A stretch of DNA of 64,000 bases from Raja brachyura (taxonomy: Eukaryota): NCBI GenBank assembly GCA_963514005.1, contig OY740781.1, forward strand, positions 44,888,001-44,952,000, read 5' to 3'. How positions within the stretch are numbered: position 1 is the first letter of the stretch; each line of letters starts with the position of its first letter. Made by a program: the position numbers and the translations under genes. The notes beneath the pieces are model-generated. The model saw only the letters and a program-made list of their open reading frames with translations. It did no database searches and was not told where the DNA came from. Below are positions 49,193 through 63,275 of the stretch, piece after piece.

Positions 49193-50194
49193 ACACTCAT
49201 CATAGAATCATAGTCCTGAGACTAATATATTGGGCTAGAAGGTCAAAAGGATATGATATAATCTCAGATATATAGAAGCTATTTCACTCTGTTTGTTAAT
49301 GCCATATTAACACAGTCATCTCATTTACATTTCCCTTCTGAGTTGTAATTGATTGGCACAATGAGGATCTTCTTGACTTCATCTCAGCGCGTCATAAACT
49401 GCAGGACTCCTCACTCATTTTTGTGGACATTCAATGAAAGAAAGATGGAAAACTCTGCTTTTACATGGTGCCGTTCAAAATGAGAGGAAATCCCAGGCGT
49501 TTACAGCCATTTAAGTTAAATCATAGACCAAGGAACTGCAGAGGCTGGTTTATAAGTTGGAGAGGGACGTTGGTCTGTAGGCCGAGCTGGTCGAGGGTGA
49601 TGGAGGAGGCCCATTGACTTGGTAAATGTAAAAATTATTACTAATGTGTGTAGGAAAGTGTTATTTGCATGAATCGCTAGACGCCACGGACCCAGTGGGC
49701 TGAAGGGCGTGTTTCCATGCTGTATCTCTAAACTAAACTAAACTAATATATTTTGGTCAAGACAAATTTGAAGAAAACGTTTTCTAATGTGGATGAATTC
49801 AAGCAGCTGTGATGTGGAATGGTTCAAGTTCTACTGTTGCATCACATTGATGGGATGTAAAAAGTTCATTCTAGAAGAGAGAGTAAAGAGCTATTTCCAA
49901 ATGTTATTTATTTAACCAGAATTCCAAGAGCTGACGTATTCTTGCTGGAGACATCTTCTTGAAATCTATTTCTATCCCTGCACAGTTCATTATGCCTACA
50001 GGTTTTATGCACACTTGCAAAAACCTTGGCCATTTATCCAGTGGAAAGTGTAGCTAACCTTTCCAATGGGAGTTGTAGGAGGATAAGTAGGGGAATAGGA
50101 CTGATGGATGTACTCGACAAGTCGAATGGATGGGAGAACTGAATCATCCCTTTCTGCATCATAAGGACATACATTGTGTATGCTCTTGTGTATG

Positions 50195-50892
50195 CCCCAG
50201 ATGAGTACTGGTAGCCTGATGGCGCACCCGTATGGAGTAGAAGTAGACATACTAGCCTGAGAGACACGAGCCTGAACAGCACCTTGCGAACATCACTGGG
50301 TGCCTTCAACCTACTTCAGTCGAGCAGCTCCCTATACTTGCAGGCATTCCGCCTGCAAGGATCCGAAGGCAAGCAGCAATTCTGGCACTCTCATCGTGCC
50401 ATGGACCCAGATCACCTCCATCAGGCTACCAGCAGAGAGCAGAGGCCACCCCGACTGAAGTCCTGTCACCCCTCTGCTCCACATGGAAAACAACTCCTAG
50501 CATCCATCCATTCAAGCTTACTGGATAGCCACCAAGTGGTCACAGGAGTGGAAGGCAACCTCATCTCAATTCCACAGCTACATCTTTTCACCAGATAAAA
50601 GCTGTCCAGAGTCTGACCTCCCCAGAAGAGCATGGGTGAAGCTCAACAGACTTTGTACTGGAGTTGGACGTTTTGATGCCAGCATGTGGAGATGGGGGCT
50701 CCAGAGGCCAGCCTGTGAATGCGAAGCAGAACAACTGACAGCCAACCATGTCATCTCTGGGTGCCCGCTCTACCACCCACCAAATGGAGCTCAGGGCCTG
50801 GCAGACATTTACGCAGAGACAACAACCTGGCTGCTCAACACCCGGCTTGAGATCTAACTATTCCTTTGCTTTATGTTTCATTCGCAAGAAGG
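50195..50892 (+). mobile_element. Vingi/Ingi-like (I-group) non-LTR element 3' fragment
   Basis: GAPVWSRSRHT..LNSTLR..ITGCLQPT and AWVKLNRLCTGVGRFDASMWRWG..CECEAEQLTANHVISGCP (C-terminal CCHC), very short 3' UTR ending gcaagaag. Confidence 0.7.
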
Positions 50893-51527
50893 ACATACAA
50901 ATATTAAAAATATTTACCTAGTTAAATTTAATATTTCCTTGCCAAATTTTCCTTCCATTTATTTCAACTAGATCTGATCTGATCTAATTGAAGTTTGCTC
51001 TTTTCCAATTGATTAATTTTATTTAAAAGATCCTGTCTCTTCTTTCACAGCGAACAAAATCCTGTTTTCTAGACGTTCGCCAATGATACTTGCTTCATTT
51101 AGTCTGGTGTAATTCCAAGAACCAAGTCCAATAGTTCATCCCTCCTCATCATGCCAATAATTTATTGATCAAGAACATACACTCGAGCACACTTTAATTG
51201 GGAGCAGATAATCATTTTGTCAATTATAATAGAACAATTATATTTTTGTATATTTAGTTACAAAGCCAGAGGGTAACATACTGTTTGTCATAAATATTCA
51301 CCAATGTTGTACAAATTGTTTGTCAAATCTGTTAATAATCTGTTTTATTTGGTAGATTTTTTTTGGAATCTACTCAAAGTAGATTTGCCGATTGGGGGTG
51401 GAATATAGAATATTACATATAACATATTCTAATGCACATTCACCACAATTCCACATTGATGCTGAAAATGTGTGAGGAGTGGGAATGGAATTAATTAACC
51501 AATATGTTTGAACAGCAATAGCTCATT

Positions 51528-51840
51528 GATATAGCATGGAAACAGGCCCTTTGGCCCACCAAGTCTGCACCGACCAGCGATACCCACAAGTTAACACTAC
51601 CCTACACACTAGGGACAATTTTACATTTATCCGTTTATACCAAGCTTTTACATTTGTACATTTATACCAAGCCAATTAACCTACAAACCTATATGTTTTT
51701 GGAGTGCGATAGGAAACTGAAGATCTCAGAGCAAAGTCACACAGGTCATGGGGAGAACGTACAAACACCGTACACACAAGCACTTGTTGTCAGGATCGAA
51801 CCCGGGTCTCTGGCGCTGTAAGGCAGCAGCTCTACCATTA
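51528..51840 (-). mobile_element. V-SINE (HE1-like)
   Basis: Same structure as 47465-47790; B-box-like gggttcgatcc. Confidence 0.82.
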
Positions 51841-51970
51841 TGGTGAGTGGGGTTTTGGATAGGCAGATGGTTGTCACAATCTTCTTCAGACTGGTTCTCC
51901 AGGGATGCTATCTAACCCATTGTGTTACTCCACCATTAACGCCTGCAGTTCCTTGTTTCTACATTAGTTT

Positions 51971-54516
51971 ACACAAAAAGCTGGAGAAACTCAGCGGGTG
52001 CAGCAGCATCTAAGGAGCGAAGGAGATAGGCGACGTTTCGGGTCGAGACCCTTCTTCAGACTGGTCAGGGATCAGGGAAACGAGAGATATAGACAGTGAT
52101 GTGGAGAGATAAAGAACAATGAATGCAAGATATGGAAAAAGTATTGATGATAAAGGAAACAGGCCATTGTAAGCTGTTTGTAGTGTGAAAATGAGAAGCT
52201 AGTGCGACTTGGGTGGGGGGGAGGAGATGGAGAAGGAATGTCAGGGCCTGAGGGCTGAGGGAGAGGTGGGGAGGGGGAGGGGGCAGTCTGGGTTAACAGA
52301 ATTGAGAAAATTCAATGTTTAAGCCCAGAGGATGCAGACTCCTCAAGCGGAATATTAGATGCTGTTCCTCCAACTTGCGGTGTTGCTCACTCTGGCCGTG
52401 GAGGAGGCCCAGGACCGAGGGGTCAGATACGGAATGGGAGGGGGAGTTGAAGTGCTGAGCCACCGGGAGGTCGGGTTGGTTATTGCGGACCGAGCGGAGG
52501 TGTTCTGCGAAACGATCGCCCAGCCTCCGCTTGGTCTCACCGATGTAGATCAGCTGGCATCTGGAGCAACGGATGCAGTAGATGAGGTGGGAGGAGGTGC
52601 AGGTGAACCTCTGTCGGACTTGGAATGACTGCTTGGGTCCCTGAAAGGAGTGGATGGGGGTGGTGAAGGGACAAGTGTAGCATCTCTTGCAGTTGCAAGG
52701 GAATGTGCCTGGGGAAGGGGTGGAGCGGGAGGGAAGGGAAGAATTGACAAGGGAGTTGCGGAGGGAGCGGTCTTTGCGGCAGGCAGACAGGGGGGGAGAT
52801 GGGAAGATGTAGCGAGTGGAGGGGTCACGCTGGAGGTGACGAAACTGGCGGAGGACTATCTGGTGTATGCGCTGTCTGGTGGGGTGAAAGGTGAGGACCA
52901 GGGGAACTCGGCCCTTGTTGTGAGTGGAGGAATGGGGAGAGAGGGCAGTGTTGCGGGGTATGGAGGAGACTCTGGTGCGAGCCTCATCTATAGTGGGGGA
53001 GGGGAAACCCCGTTCTCAGAAGAACGAGGACATTTGTGATGACCTGGTGTGGAACACCTCATCCTGGGAGCAGATGCGGCGTAGACGGAGGAATTGGGAA
53101 TAGGGGATGGAGTCGTTACATGAAGCAGTGTGGGAGGAAGAGTAGTCCAGGTAGCTGTGGGAGTCAGTTGGTTTGTAGTGGATGTCAGTCAGGAGTGTGT
53201 CACCTGCAATAGAGATGGTGAAGTCAAGGAATGGTAGGGAAATGTCGGAAATGGTCCAAGTGTATTTGAGTGCCTGATGGAAGTTGGTGGTGAAATGGAT
53301 GAAGTCAGTCAGTTGTGCATGGGTGCAGGAGGTGACACCAAAGCAGTCGTCAATGTAACGGAGGTAAAGGTTGGGGGTGGGGCCCTGGTACGCCTAGAAC
53401 AAAGATTGTTCAACGTGCCCGACAAAGAGGCAGGCGTAGCAAGGGCCCATGCATGTGCCCATAGCTACGCCTTGTGTTCGGAGGAAATGGGAGGAGTCAA
53501 AAGAGAAGTTATTGAGGGTAAGGACCAACTCCACTAGGCGGAGGAGGGTGTCAGTGGATGGGTATGGGTTGCTCCACTGGTCGAGGAAGTACCGGAGGGC
53601 TTTGAGACCATCCTGGTGGGGGATGCAGGTATATAGTGACTGGACGTCCATGGTGAAGATGAGAGCATGGGGGCCTGGACAATGGAATGCGCGGGGCCGA
53701 TGGAGAGTGTCTGAGGTGTCTTGAACATAGGTGGGGAGGGATTTAACAAAGGGGGATAGGATGGAGTCAAGGTATGTGGAAATGTGTTCGGTGGGGCACG
53801 AACAGGCAGAGACAATGGGTCTGCCGGGGCAGTCGGGTTTGTGGATTTTGGGGAGAAGGTAAAATCGGGCCATGCGGGGCTGGGAAATGATGAGGTTGGA
53901 GGCTCGGGGGGGTAGGGAGCCGGAGTTGATGAAGTCGGTTATGGTGCTCGAGATGGTGGCCTGGTGCTCGTCAGTGGGGTCATGGTCCAGGGGTAAGTAG
54001 AAGGAGGTGTCCGAGAGTTGGCGCGTGACCTCCACTTTGTAGAGATCGACACGCCAGACTACCACGGCACTTCCCTTGTTGGCGGGTTTGATAACCCAGT
54101 CTGGGTTGTTGTGGAGTGAGTCGATGGCAGTACGTTCGGAGGGGGAGAAATTGGAGTGAGACAGGGGAGTGGAGAAGTCGAGGCGGTTGATGTCCCAACG
54201 GCAGTTCTGTATAAAGAGTTCTAAAGCTGGAGGGCCACGAGGGGGGGTCCACGAGGAGGGGGTACGTGGGAGACAGGAAAAGGGATCATCAGTGGGGGGC
54301 GAGGACTTATTCCCATGGAAGAACGCTGTGAGGCGGAGGCGACGGTAGAAGAGCTCCAAGTCGTGGTGGGCACGGAACTCATTGAGGTGGGGACGGAGGG
54401 AGACAAAGGTAAGACCTCTGCTGAGGACCGACCTTTCGGTGTCGGAGAGGGGGAGGTCCGGGGGGATGGTGAACACACGGCAGGGATGGGGGTTGTGGCT
54501 GGAGGAAGGCAGGTGA
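51971..54516 (-). mobile_element. Penelope-like element (RT plus GIY-YIG), 5'-truncated
   Basis: LSRGLTF, VIKPANKG, LPKIHKPDCPGRPIVS, FTMDVQSLYT, GVAMGTCMGP, RYIDD, LIYCIRC..IYIGET; 10-bp TSD ACATTAGTTT at 51961-51970 and 54517-54526. Confidence 0.95.
52032..52059 (-). ncRNA. Minimal hammerhead ribozyme core
   Basis: Identical to 2381-2408. Confidence 0.65.
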
Positions 54517-55269
54517 ACATTAGTTTGTTATGTTGGTTATACAGAGTAAAGTGCAGAGAGAATCATTCAACTAGCATGTGGGACAATAATTTTGCAAGCA
54601 TATTTAGGAGAAGTAGCCCTCTGTTAGAGATGCCCTCGAGTCTCCACTGATAATGCTGCTTGACTCTTCTCAGCTAAGAAATGATACGAGTAAAGCTGAG
54701 CAGGAACATTTTTCTAGTAGTAGCCTTCTTCAACCTCGTGCTTAAGGTCAGGTCAGGGTTAGCGCCCCCCGCCACGGGTACCATGTAATCCTGTGCTACC
54801 TGCCCCATGGTCAGATAGTTGGCGACTAGTCTGTCTCCCCCACCTGGTTTGCCAGGTGAGGAAGGACTGTGGACCTCCAGCAGGACCAAAAACAAGACCT
54901 GTCAAAGAGCGGATGAGCTTCTAGCGAGCCAACGGCCATCCACACTTCAGTAGAAGTTGCAAGAGTAGACAAAAATGCTGGAGAAATTCAGCGGGTGAGG
55001 CAGCATCTATGGAGCGAAGGAAATAGGTGACGTTTTGGGTTGAGACCCTTCTTCAGTAGAAGTTGTAATCACTGTCATACATAACATTAGAAGGAATCAT
55101 GATAAAGCACACACATCAAAATCGTATACTTCCAGCGGCAGAAGTCCGCAGGAACTGGAGGATAGAGATGCTTGGTACTTCCGTCACCGTTCCCGTCAGA
55201 AACCAGCACCACTGTGTCGTCAATATTTTCAACGATAATGAATCAACCTTGTGTGCCTCTTGATCCTAA

Positions 55270-55722
55270 TCCTCTCACAGTTGGCACATGCAAATTGGAG
55301 GAACAGCAACTCATATTTTGCATGGGTAGCTTACAATCCAATGACATGAACGTTGAATTCGGTAATTTTAAGTAACCTGTACCTATACTCCCACCCACCT
55401 CCCCCCCCCCCCCCTCCACACTTGCCCTCTTCCTCCCCCCCCCCCCAATCATTTAACCAGTTCCACAGTTCTCCACATTGTATCCCTCTTGAGATCATAC
55501 CTTCCCTACCCAACAAAAGGCCCACCAGGGTACCACCTTGCCTGAGGTAATTTGTGGCTGATTTATCCTGGACTATTCTCGCTTCCAGCTCTTCACACTC
55601 TCCCCCCCCTCCCCATCCCCTACTTTGAGCCTGAAGTAGGGTCCCAACCCGATACGTTCCCCCATCCTTTTTCTCCGGAGTGGCTGCCTGACCTGCTGAG
55701 TTACTCTAGCACTTTGTGTCTA
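55270..55722 (+). mobile_element. Older Penelope 3' end plus terminal repeat
   Basis: CKLEEQQLIFCMGSLQSNDMNVEF matches the GIY-YIG C-terminus of the other copies; mutated hammerhead at about 55631-55658. Confidence 0.8.
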
Positions 55723-58700
55723 CCGCTGGCACCCTTATCTGTTTGGCATGTACTTCCAGGGCACTGCTGCACTGATCCAGCCTACAAATCCTATCTTTGG
55801 GAACTCTTCACTTGTGTATTACATTTGACATCTTCTTATGAAAGACACTTTTTTTTAAGCACAATCCATAGCTATCCTGGTTTTTATGTGGCTCTTGTTA
55901 TGTCTGAGCTCAGCTGCTATAGTCCACATCCCGCTGCACATTAAAGAACTGATACCTTTTTTTTGTAAAAGGGTCTCTCAAGGCACCAAATAAGCAAAAT
56001 GACAAAGGACACAAAGTGCTGGCACAACTCAGCAGATCAGGCAGCATCTCTGGAAAATATGGATGGATGACGTTTCGGGTTGAAACTCCATCTTAGGACC
56101 TATTCCCAGTTCCATTGAGATTGTTCTGTAGTATTGTGTAGAGGAGCACCGAGCTTCAATTTATTTGAATATGGGTGGAAGTATATGGTATGTAAGTTAT
56201 GACAATCATCGACAGACTGGGAGAGGTCAGTCGCACTAAACATTAATATGTAAAGGTGAATTTGTAAAGGATAGTCCAGTATGATATTACATGTGAATTA
56301 ATTTGGAATGGTTTGCTGGCATGATTTACTCTGGGTAAAAGCAAACTTTTCAGTTAGCACCAAAAAGGAGACACTACCTGTTCGACATTCGAAGCACTGA
56401 TACCAAACCATTCAGGTTTCTGATTAAAATAACAGTCAAGCCCAATGATATAATCAAAGTTCAATTTGTGTATTTAAAAGAGGAAGCCATCATTTAAAAG
56501 CAGATTATAACAGAAAGTTACACGGCCTCATCAGACAAGTCATGCTTATAATTTTAATTGTCTATTGACCCTATATCTGGTGGATATGCAGAGATGAAAT
56601 AGCCCATCCAAATTCTCGACTAGCAGAAACTGGATAATGTATCTTTGTAATGCAAAAGTATGTGTTACACATGATTTCATGGATTAATTAGATTTTCTAA
56701 GCACAGTGGAATTAATATTCCACTTCTTCTAATACACTGCTTGATTGCATTCATTCATAGCAGTTTTTTTGTTCAGTAAAATGCAGATGATTTCATCAGA
56801 ATTTGAGAAAATAAGGTTCTCAAAACTAGCAAAAAATGTTAAGTGCAATTACACCTGGAGAGCTGATTGTGCACAAGCATAAACTCTCACGTATAAAATG
56901 CAAAATAAGCTTTTTGTAGGCAGCTTCATCCACAGCCATTTGGCATTTTGCAGTCAAATCAGATGTATTCACATTTACACAAGTACAGTGAGGTACCACT
57001 ACAATGGAAATCTCACTTCCACCAGTATCACAGGCTCAGGCAACACACAAAGCGTAAATTATATATGAAGTATTCATTGATTTGTAAAAGACAGTGAAAA
57101 TAAAATATATATACTAAACAGTATGTTTGTGCAAAGACACAATATAAAACAGACCCATGTTAGTGCAAGAGGTGGTCTATAATGTTCTGTTGCTGAAGTT
57201 GGGGATGTGAGCATGATCCATATGGTGGAGATCGCTGATGATAGGAGCCGTCTTCCCAAGGCATGCTTCCTGAAGATGTTTTCAAATGCAGGGCGGGCAG
57301 TGCCAATGATGGAAGTGGATAATCCCACCATTCTCTGCAGCCTCTTGCATTCCTGTGTATTTTAATTACTGTGCCACTGTATAATGAAACAAATAGAAGT
57401 TTGTTTGAATGTCAGATGACATAGAGCCATACAGTCGTACAGAATAGAAACCAGCCCTTTGGCCCAAATTGCCCATGCCGACCAAGATGATACATTGAGA
57501 TTAGTCCCACCTTCCTGCATTTGGCCCATACCCTTCAAAACCATTCATATCCATGTACCTGTACAAATGTCTTTTAACTGCTGTTATAGTACCTGCCTCA
57601 TCTACCTCTTCTGGCAGCTCCAACATCTCTATATCCCAGTCCCTCAAATCTAGGAACACGTTACAATAAACAAAACTACACCAGACTAATCCTCCAGGCA
57701 ACATCCTCATAAATCTCATACTGAATCTCTTTAAACTTCCAATAAAGTAGAGGCACTGGCACGCCTTGTTCATAATTACATCAAAGTACTGGACACATAT
57801 GTTAATGTCCAAGAATTTGAAGCTGCAGATGCTCTCCATTGTTGATGCATGAATGACAATTAGCAGGCACAAGGAACTGCAGATGTTGGAATCTTGAGTA
57901 AAAGTCAAAGTGCTAGAGTAACACAGCGGGTCTGGCAGCATCTGTGGAGGGATTGGATAAGCGACATTTCATGTCAGGACCCTTCAGAAGGTTTCATACC
58001 TGAAACATTGCCTTGCATTCCCTCCGTGGATGCTGCCTGACCCGCTGAGAATGAAAACTGGCACATCATCTACTGACTTCACTTATCTGCAGTAAACAAT
58101 TAGTCCCTTGGTTTTGGTGACATTGAGTGGCAGGTTAATGTTGCAGCACCATTCAACCAAGTGTTCTGTCTATGTCATATTACTTTCATTATGCACTCTG
58201 ATAGCATTTAATGGAGAAATACGGCATTTAGTGAAATTATGCCCGGCCAGAAACTATGGGGTTAAAAATAGTTGAAAATGTTTTACGTGCTCAAGAATGA
58301 TAATTTATTTTAGCAATGTAGCATTTTCATGTATATTAAAGCAGCTCTGACCTTTTGAATGGGTTTTCCGAACAGAGCCAAATTGTGGGCAGTACTCAGA
58401 TGTGGGCTCATGCCCATTGGAGACTGGATTGAGCCTATCCAAATTCAGATTCAACTAGGACCCTTAACAGCTGTCAGAGAGAAAAGCTTTTAATCCCATT
58501 AGTTTGTGATGGATACAACCCTGGGTCTAAAGGATGAAAGAACTGTGTTCTAATCCATAGTATCACATCCCTGAGGCTTCATAATATGATTCATTTTAAT
58601 GTTATGGAGAGCAAAGCCGACCCAGAAATACCAACAGAAAGGTATCACTTTGATGTTCAAATGAAATTTGTCTATTGGCAAAAGAATAAAGCAAGGCTGA

Positions 58701-59639
58701 CTTTTTTTTTATTGACAGATGGTAGATACAATTTTGCATGCTTGAATTATGTGTGTTGCTTGCCATTTGATCTGTTCCTTACTGATTTTTGAGATTTGTA
58801 ACTGCCTATCCATATTGAAATGAAATATTTCAGTAACAATGGAGCAATTCCCTGTGCTGTTACAATATGGATATTTATCCACTAAAACAGAGCAGCATGC
58901 ATATTGTTTGCACTTTCTCTCTAATCAGATTTAATGCTATATGTAAATTTGCTTCAGGTGTATATTTCAGGACATTGACATGCTTAAGGGATTCCGGACA
59001 CTATTTTAAATTGTTCATGCATTAGGATACAGAAGGTGATCAGGGGAAAAACATATTTAATGAGTTTTAGAATTAATCAAATCTCACTCTTTTGATGACA
59101 TATTTAGCACAAGAGACACAATAATTGACAGAGCAGCTTCTGACCCCATTTTTAAGCAAGTTATATACTGCAGAGATTTATCAACTAGTCTCTTCTGCAG
59201 GTGTTTTTTCTATTTGTGTTGGAAACAATAATATCAGGGCAATATCAGAAGTATAAAACACTTTTTGTTAAGATATTGACAAATTTCTGCCTTCTTGGTG
59301 TTGCATTTGTGTAGTACCCTATTCTAAAACTGGAGGATTTATCTTTGTTTGGAGTGCGACACAGGTTTGAATGTCAGCCATTTGTATTCACAATCAGCTA
59401 CATTGAGGTTAATGGAACTGCACTTGTGGTGGTGGGTAAACTGCTCGTGTACAATGATAACACACAGCTTCATTTACAGTGCAGAAAGGAGATCCAATGA
59501 AGTTAAATTTAACTTTGAATCTGCCGGCAAGTAGTGGGTGTGAATTAATCTCTTGTTTTTTTATATATGACATGCTGGTCCCTTCAATGGCCAATCCAGT
59601 TTCTAGCAGGCAACATCTCTGGATAGAAGGAATGAGTGT

Positions 59640-59667
59640 CTGAAGAAGGGTCTCCACCCGAAACGTC
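59640..59667 (+). ncRNA. Minimal hammerhead core inside an inverted terminal-repeat pair
   Basis: CUGAAGA-A-GGG-UCUCCA-CCC-GAAAC-GUC flanked by complementary atagaaggaatg / cattccttctat. Confidence 0.6.
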
Positions 59668-59682
59668 ACCCATTCCTTCTAT

Positions 59683-62484
59683 AACCATATAACAGTTACA
59701 GCACGGAAACAGGCCCTCTCGGCCCTTCCAGTCCGTGCCGAACATTTATTTTCCCCTAGTCCCATCTACCTGCACTCAGACCATATCCCTCCATTCCCTT
59801 CCTGTCCATATACCTATCCACTTTACTTTTAAATGTTAAAATCGATCCTGCCTCCACCACTTCTGCTGGAAGCTCATTCCACACAACCACCACTCTCTGA
59901 GTAAAGTAGTTCCCCCTCATGTTACCCCTAAATTTCTGTCCCTTAATTCTCATGTCATGCCTTCTTGTTTGAATCTTCCCTACCCTCAATGGGAAAAGCT
60001 TATCCACGTCAACTCTGTCTATCCCTTTCATCATTTTAAAGACCTCAATCAAGTCCCCCCTTAACCTTCTGCGCTCCAAAGAATAAAGACTTAACTTGTT
60101 CAACCTTTCTCTGTAACTTAGTTGCTGGAACCCTGTCAACATTCTAGTAAATCTCCTCTGTACTCTCTCTATTTTGTTGACATCCATCCTATAATTAGGC
60201 GACCAAAATTGTACACCATACTCCAGAATTGGTCTCACCAATGCCTTGTACAATTTTAACATTACTTCCCTACTCCTATAATCAATGCTCTGATTTATAA
60301 AGGCCAGCACACCAAAAGCTTTCTTTACCACCCTATCTACATGTGATTCCACCTTCAGGGAACTATGCACAGTTATTCCTAGATCCCTCTGTTCCACAGC
60401 ATTCCTTAATTCCCTACCATTTACCATGTACATCCTATTTTGATTTGTCCTGCCAAGATGTAGCACCTCACACTTATCAGCATTAAACTCCATCTGCCAT
60501 CTTTCAGCCCACTCTTCCAAATGGCCGAAATCTTTCTGTAGACTTTGAAAATCTACTTCATTATCCACAACACCACCTATCTTAGTATCATCTGCATACT
60601 TACTTATCCAATTTTCCGCCCCATCATCCAGATCATTGATGTACATGACAAACAACAGTGGACCCAACACAGATCCCTGAGGCACCCCACTGGTCACCGG
60701 CTTCCAACCTGACAAACAGCCATCCACCATTACTCTCTGACATCTCCCATTCAGCCACTGTTGAATCCATCTTGCTACTCAGCCATTAACACCCAATTTT
60801 GAACCTTCTTAACCAACCTTCCATGGGGAACCTTGGCAAAGGCCTTACTGAAATCCATATAGAAAACATCCACTGCTTTACCCTCATCAATTTCCCTAGT
60901 AACCTCTTCAAAAAATTCAAGAAGGTTTGTCAAACATGACCTTCCAGGCACAAATCCATGTAGACTGTTCCTGATCAGACCCTGTTTATCCAGATGCTTA
61001 TATATATTATCTCTAAGTATCCTTTCCATTAATTTGCCCACAACTGATGTCAAACTAACAGGTCTATAATTGCTAGGTTTATTCTTTGAACCCTTTTTAA
61101 ACAATGGAACAACATGCGCAGCACACCAATCCTCCGGCACTATTCCCGTTTCTAATGACATCTGAAATATTTCTGTCAGAGCTCCTGCTATTTCTACACT
61201 AACTTCCCTCAATGTCCTAGGGAATATCCTGTCAGGACCTGGAGACTTATTCACTTTTATATTTTTCAAAAGTGTCAGTACTTCCTCCTCTTTGAATCTC
61301 ATAGTTTCCATAGCTACTGTACTTTTTTTTCCCTTACCTCACAGTTCAATATCCTTCTCCTTGGTGAATACTGAAGAAAATAAATTGTTGAATATCTCCC
61401 CCATCTCTTTTGGCTCTGCAGATAGCTGTCCATTCTGGCTCGCTAATGGTCCAATTTTAACCCTTGTTATCCTTTTGCTATTAATATAGCTGTAGAAACC
61501 CTTTGGATTTACTTTCACCTTTCTTGCCAAAGCAACCTCATATCTTCTTTTAGCCTTTCTAATTTATTTCTTAAGATTCTTTTTACATTCTTTATACTCC
61601 TCTAGCACCTCATTTACTCCATGCCTCCTATAATTATTGTAGATATCTCTCTTTTTTCGAAACAAGTGTCCAATTCCCCTTGAAAACCATGGTTCTTTCC
61701 AATTTTTACTATTTCCTTTCAACCAAAAAGGGACACAAAGATTCTGTACTCTTACAATTTCCCCTTTAAATGTCCTCCATTTCTCTTCTACATCCTTCCC
61801 ACAAAAAAATAGTCCCAATTCACTCCTTTTTAATCCTTATGCATTCCCTCAAAGTTAGCCTTTCTCCAATCAAAAATCTCAACCCTAGGTCCAGTTCTGA
61901 CTCTCTCCATAATTTTATTGAAACTAATGGTATTGTGATCACTGGTCCCGAAGTGCTCACCAACGCATAACTCCGTCACCTGACCTGCCTCATTTCCTAA
62001 CAGGAGGTCCAGCACTGCCCCTTCTCTGGTTGATACCTCTATGTATTGCTGCAAAAAACTATCCTGCACACATTTTACAAACTCCAAACCATCCAGCCCA
62101 TTTACAGAATGTGTTTCCCAGTCTAATTTTGGAAAATTGAAATCTCCCACAATCACTACCTTGTGCTTACTACTAATATCTGCTATCTCCTTACATATTT
62201 GCTCTTCCAATTCTCGCTCCCCATTTGGCGGTCTATAATACACCCCTAAAAGTGTTGCTACACCGTTCCCACTTCTCAGTTACACCCAAATAGCCTCCCT
62301 AGACGAGCCCTCTAATCTATCCTGCCAAAGCACTGCTGCAAAATCTTCTCTGACAAGCAATGCAACACCTCCACCTCTGGTCCCTCCAATTCTATCACAC
62401 CTGAAGCAACAAAATCCTGGAATATTTAATTTCCAATCACAGCCCTCCTGCAACCATGTTTCACTGATTGCCACAACATCATAT
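59683..62484 (-). mobile_element. CR1/HER1-like LINE, copy 2 (5'-truncated in EN)
   Basis: Near-identical to 31625-34400; [14 protein letters not shown]; TSD TTCTAT at 59677-59682 and 62485-62490 splitting a Penelope-terminus repeat. Confidence 0.95.
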
Positions 62485-62944
62485 TTCTATCCAGAGATGC
62501 TGCCTGTCCTGCTGAGTTGCTCCAGCATTTTGTGTCTATCTTTGGTGTAAACCAGCATCTGCAGTTCCTTCCTACACATACCAGTTTCTGGGCACTGTGT
62601 TTAGGCTGACTGTTTCGATACCAAGGACATCTCACTGTCCATAACTTTGAGTTCATCCTAAAATGAAAATAAACTGAAAATAATGAAAATTAATTGTTTT
62701 CACACTGACCAGTCACTCTAAATCCCACTCACCAGTTAACGATGGACACTCCACAGTCTTCCTCGGCCTCAGTTTTAAAATGCTTACCCACATTTTTAAT
62801 TCCTCCCAGTAGCTGTAGAAACAAAAAAAGTGCGGGTGCTGGTAAATATACAAAAGGACATAAAGTGTTGGAGTAATTCCTAAGTTATTGAGACCTGCTG
62901 AGTTACTCCAGCACTTTGTGTCTCTCCAGTGCCTGCTTCTCTCT

Positions 62945-63275
62945 AGAGTCATACAGCATGGAATTAGGCTCTTCAGCCCAACTTGTCCATGCTGACCAAA
63001 ATACCCCAGTTTAATTTGTCAGTGTTTGGCTCATATCTCTCTAAACCTTTCCTATCCATGTTCCTGATCTAGTGTATTTTAAATACTGTTATAATATCTG
63101 CTTCAACAACCTCTTCTGGCAGCTCGTTCCATATACCCACAACACTATGAGTAAAAAAGTTGCCCCTCATGTTTGTACTAAATTTTGCCCCTCTCACCTT
63201 AAACCTATGTTCTCTCGTTCTTGATTCCCCATATAATGAGTTAAAAAAACTATGCATTAACCCTGTCTATTCTTC
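62945..63275 (-). mobile_element. Old CR1 3' fragment
   Basis: GESRTREHRFKVRG..RGNFFTHSVVGIWNELP. Confidence 0.8.
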
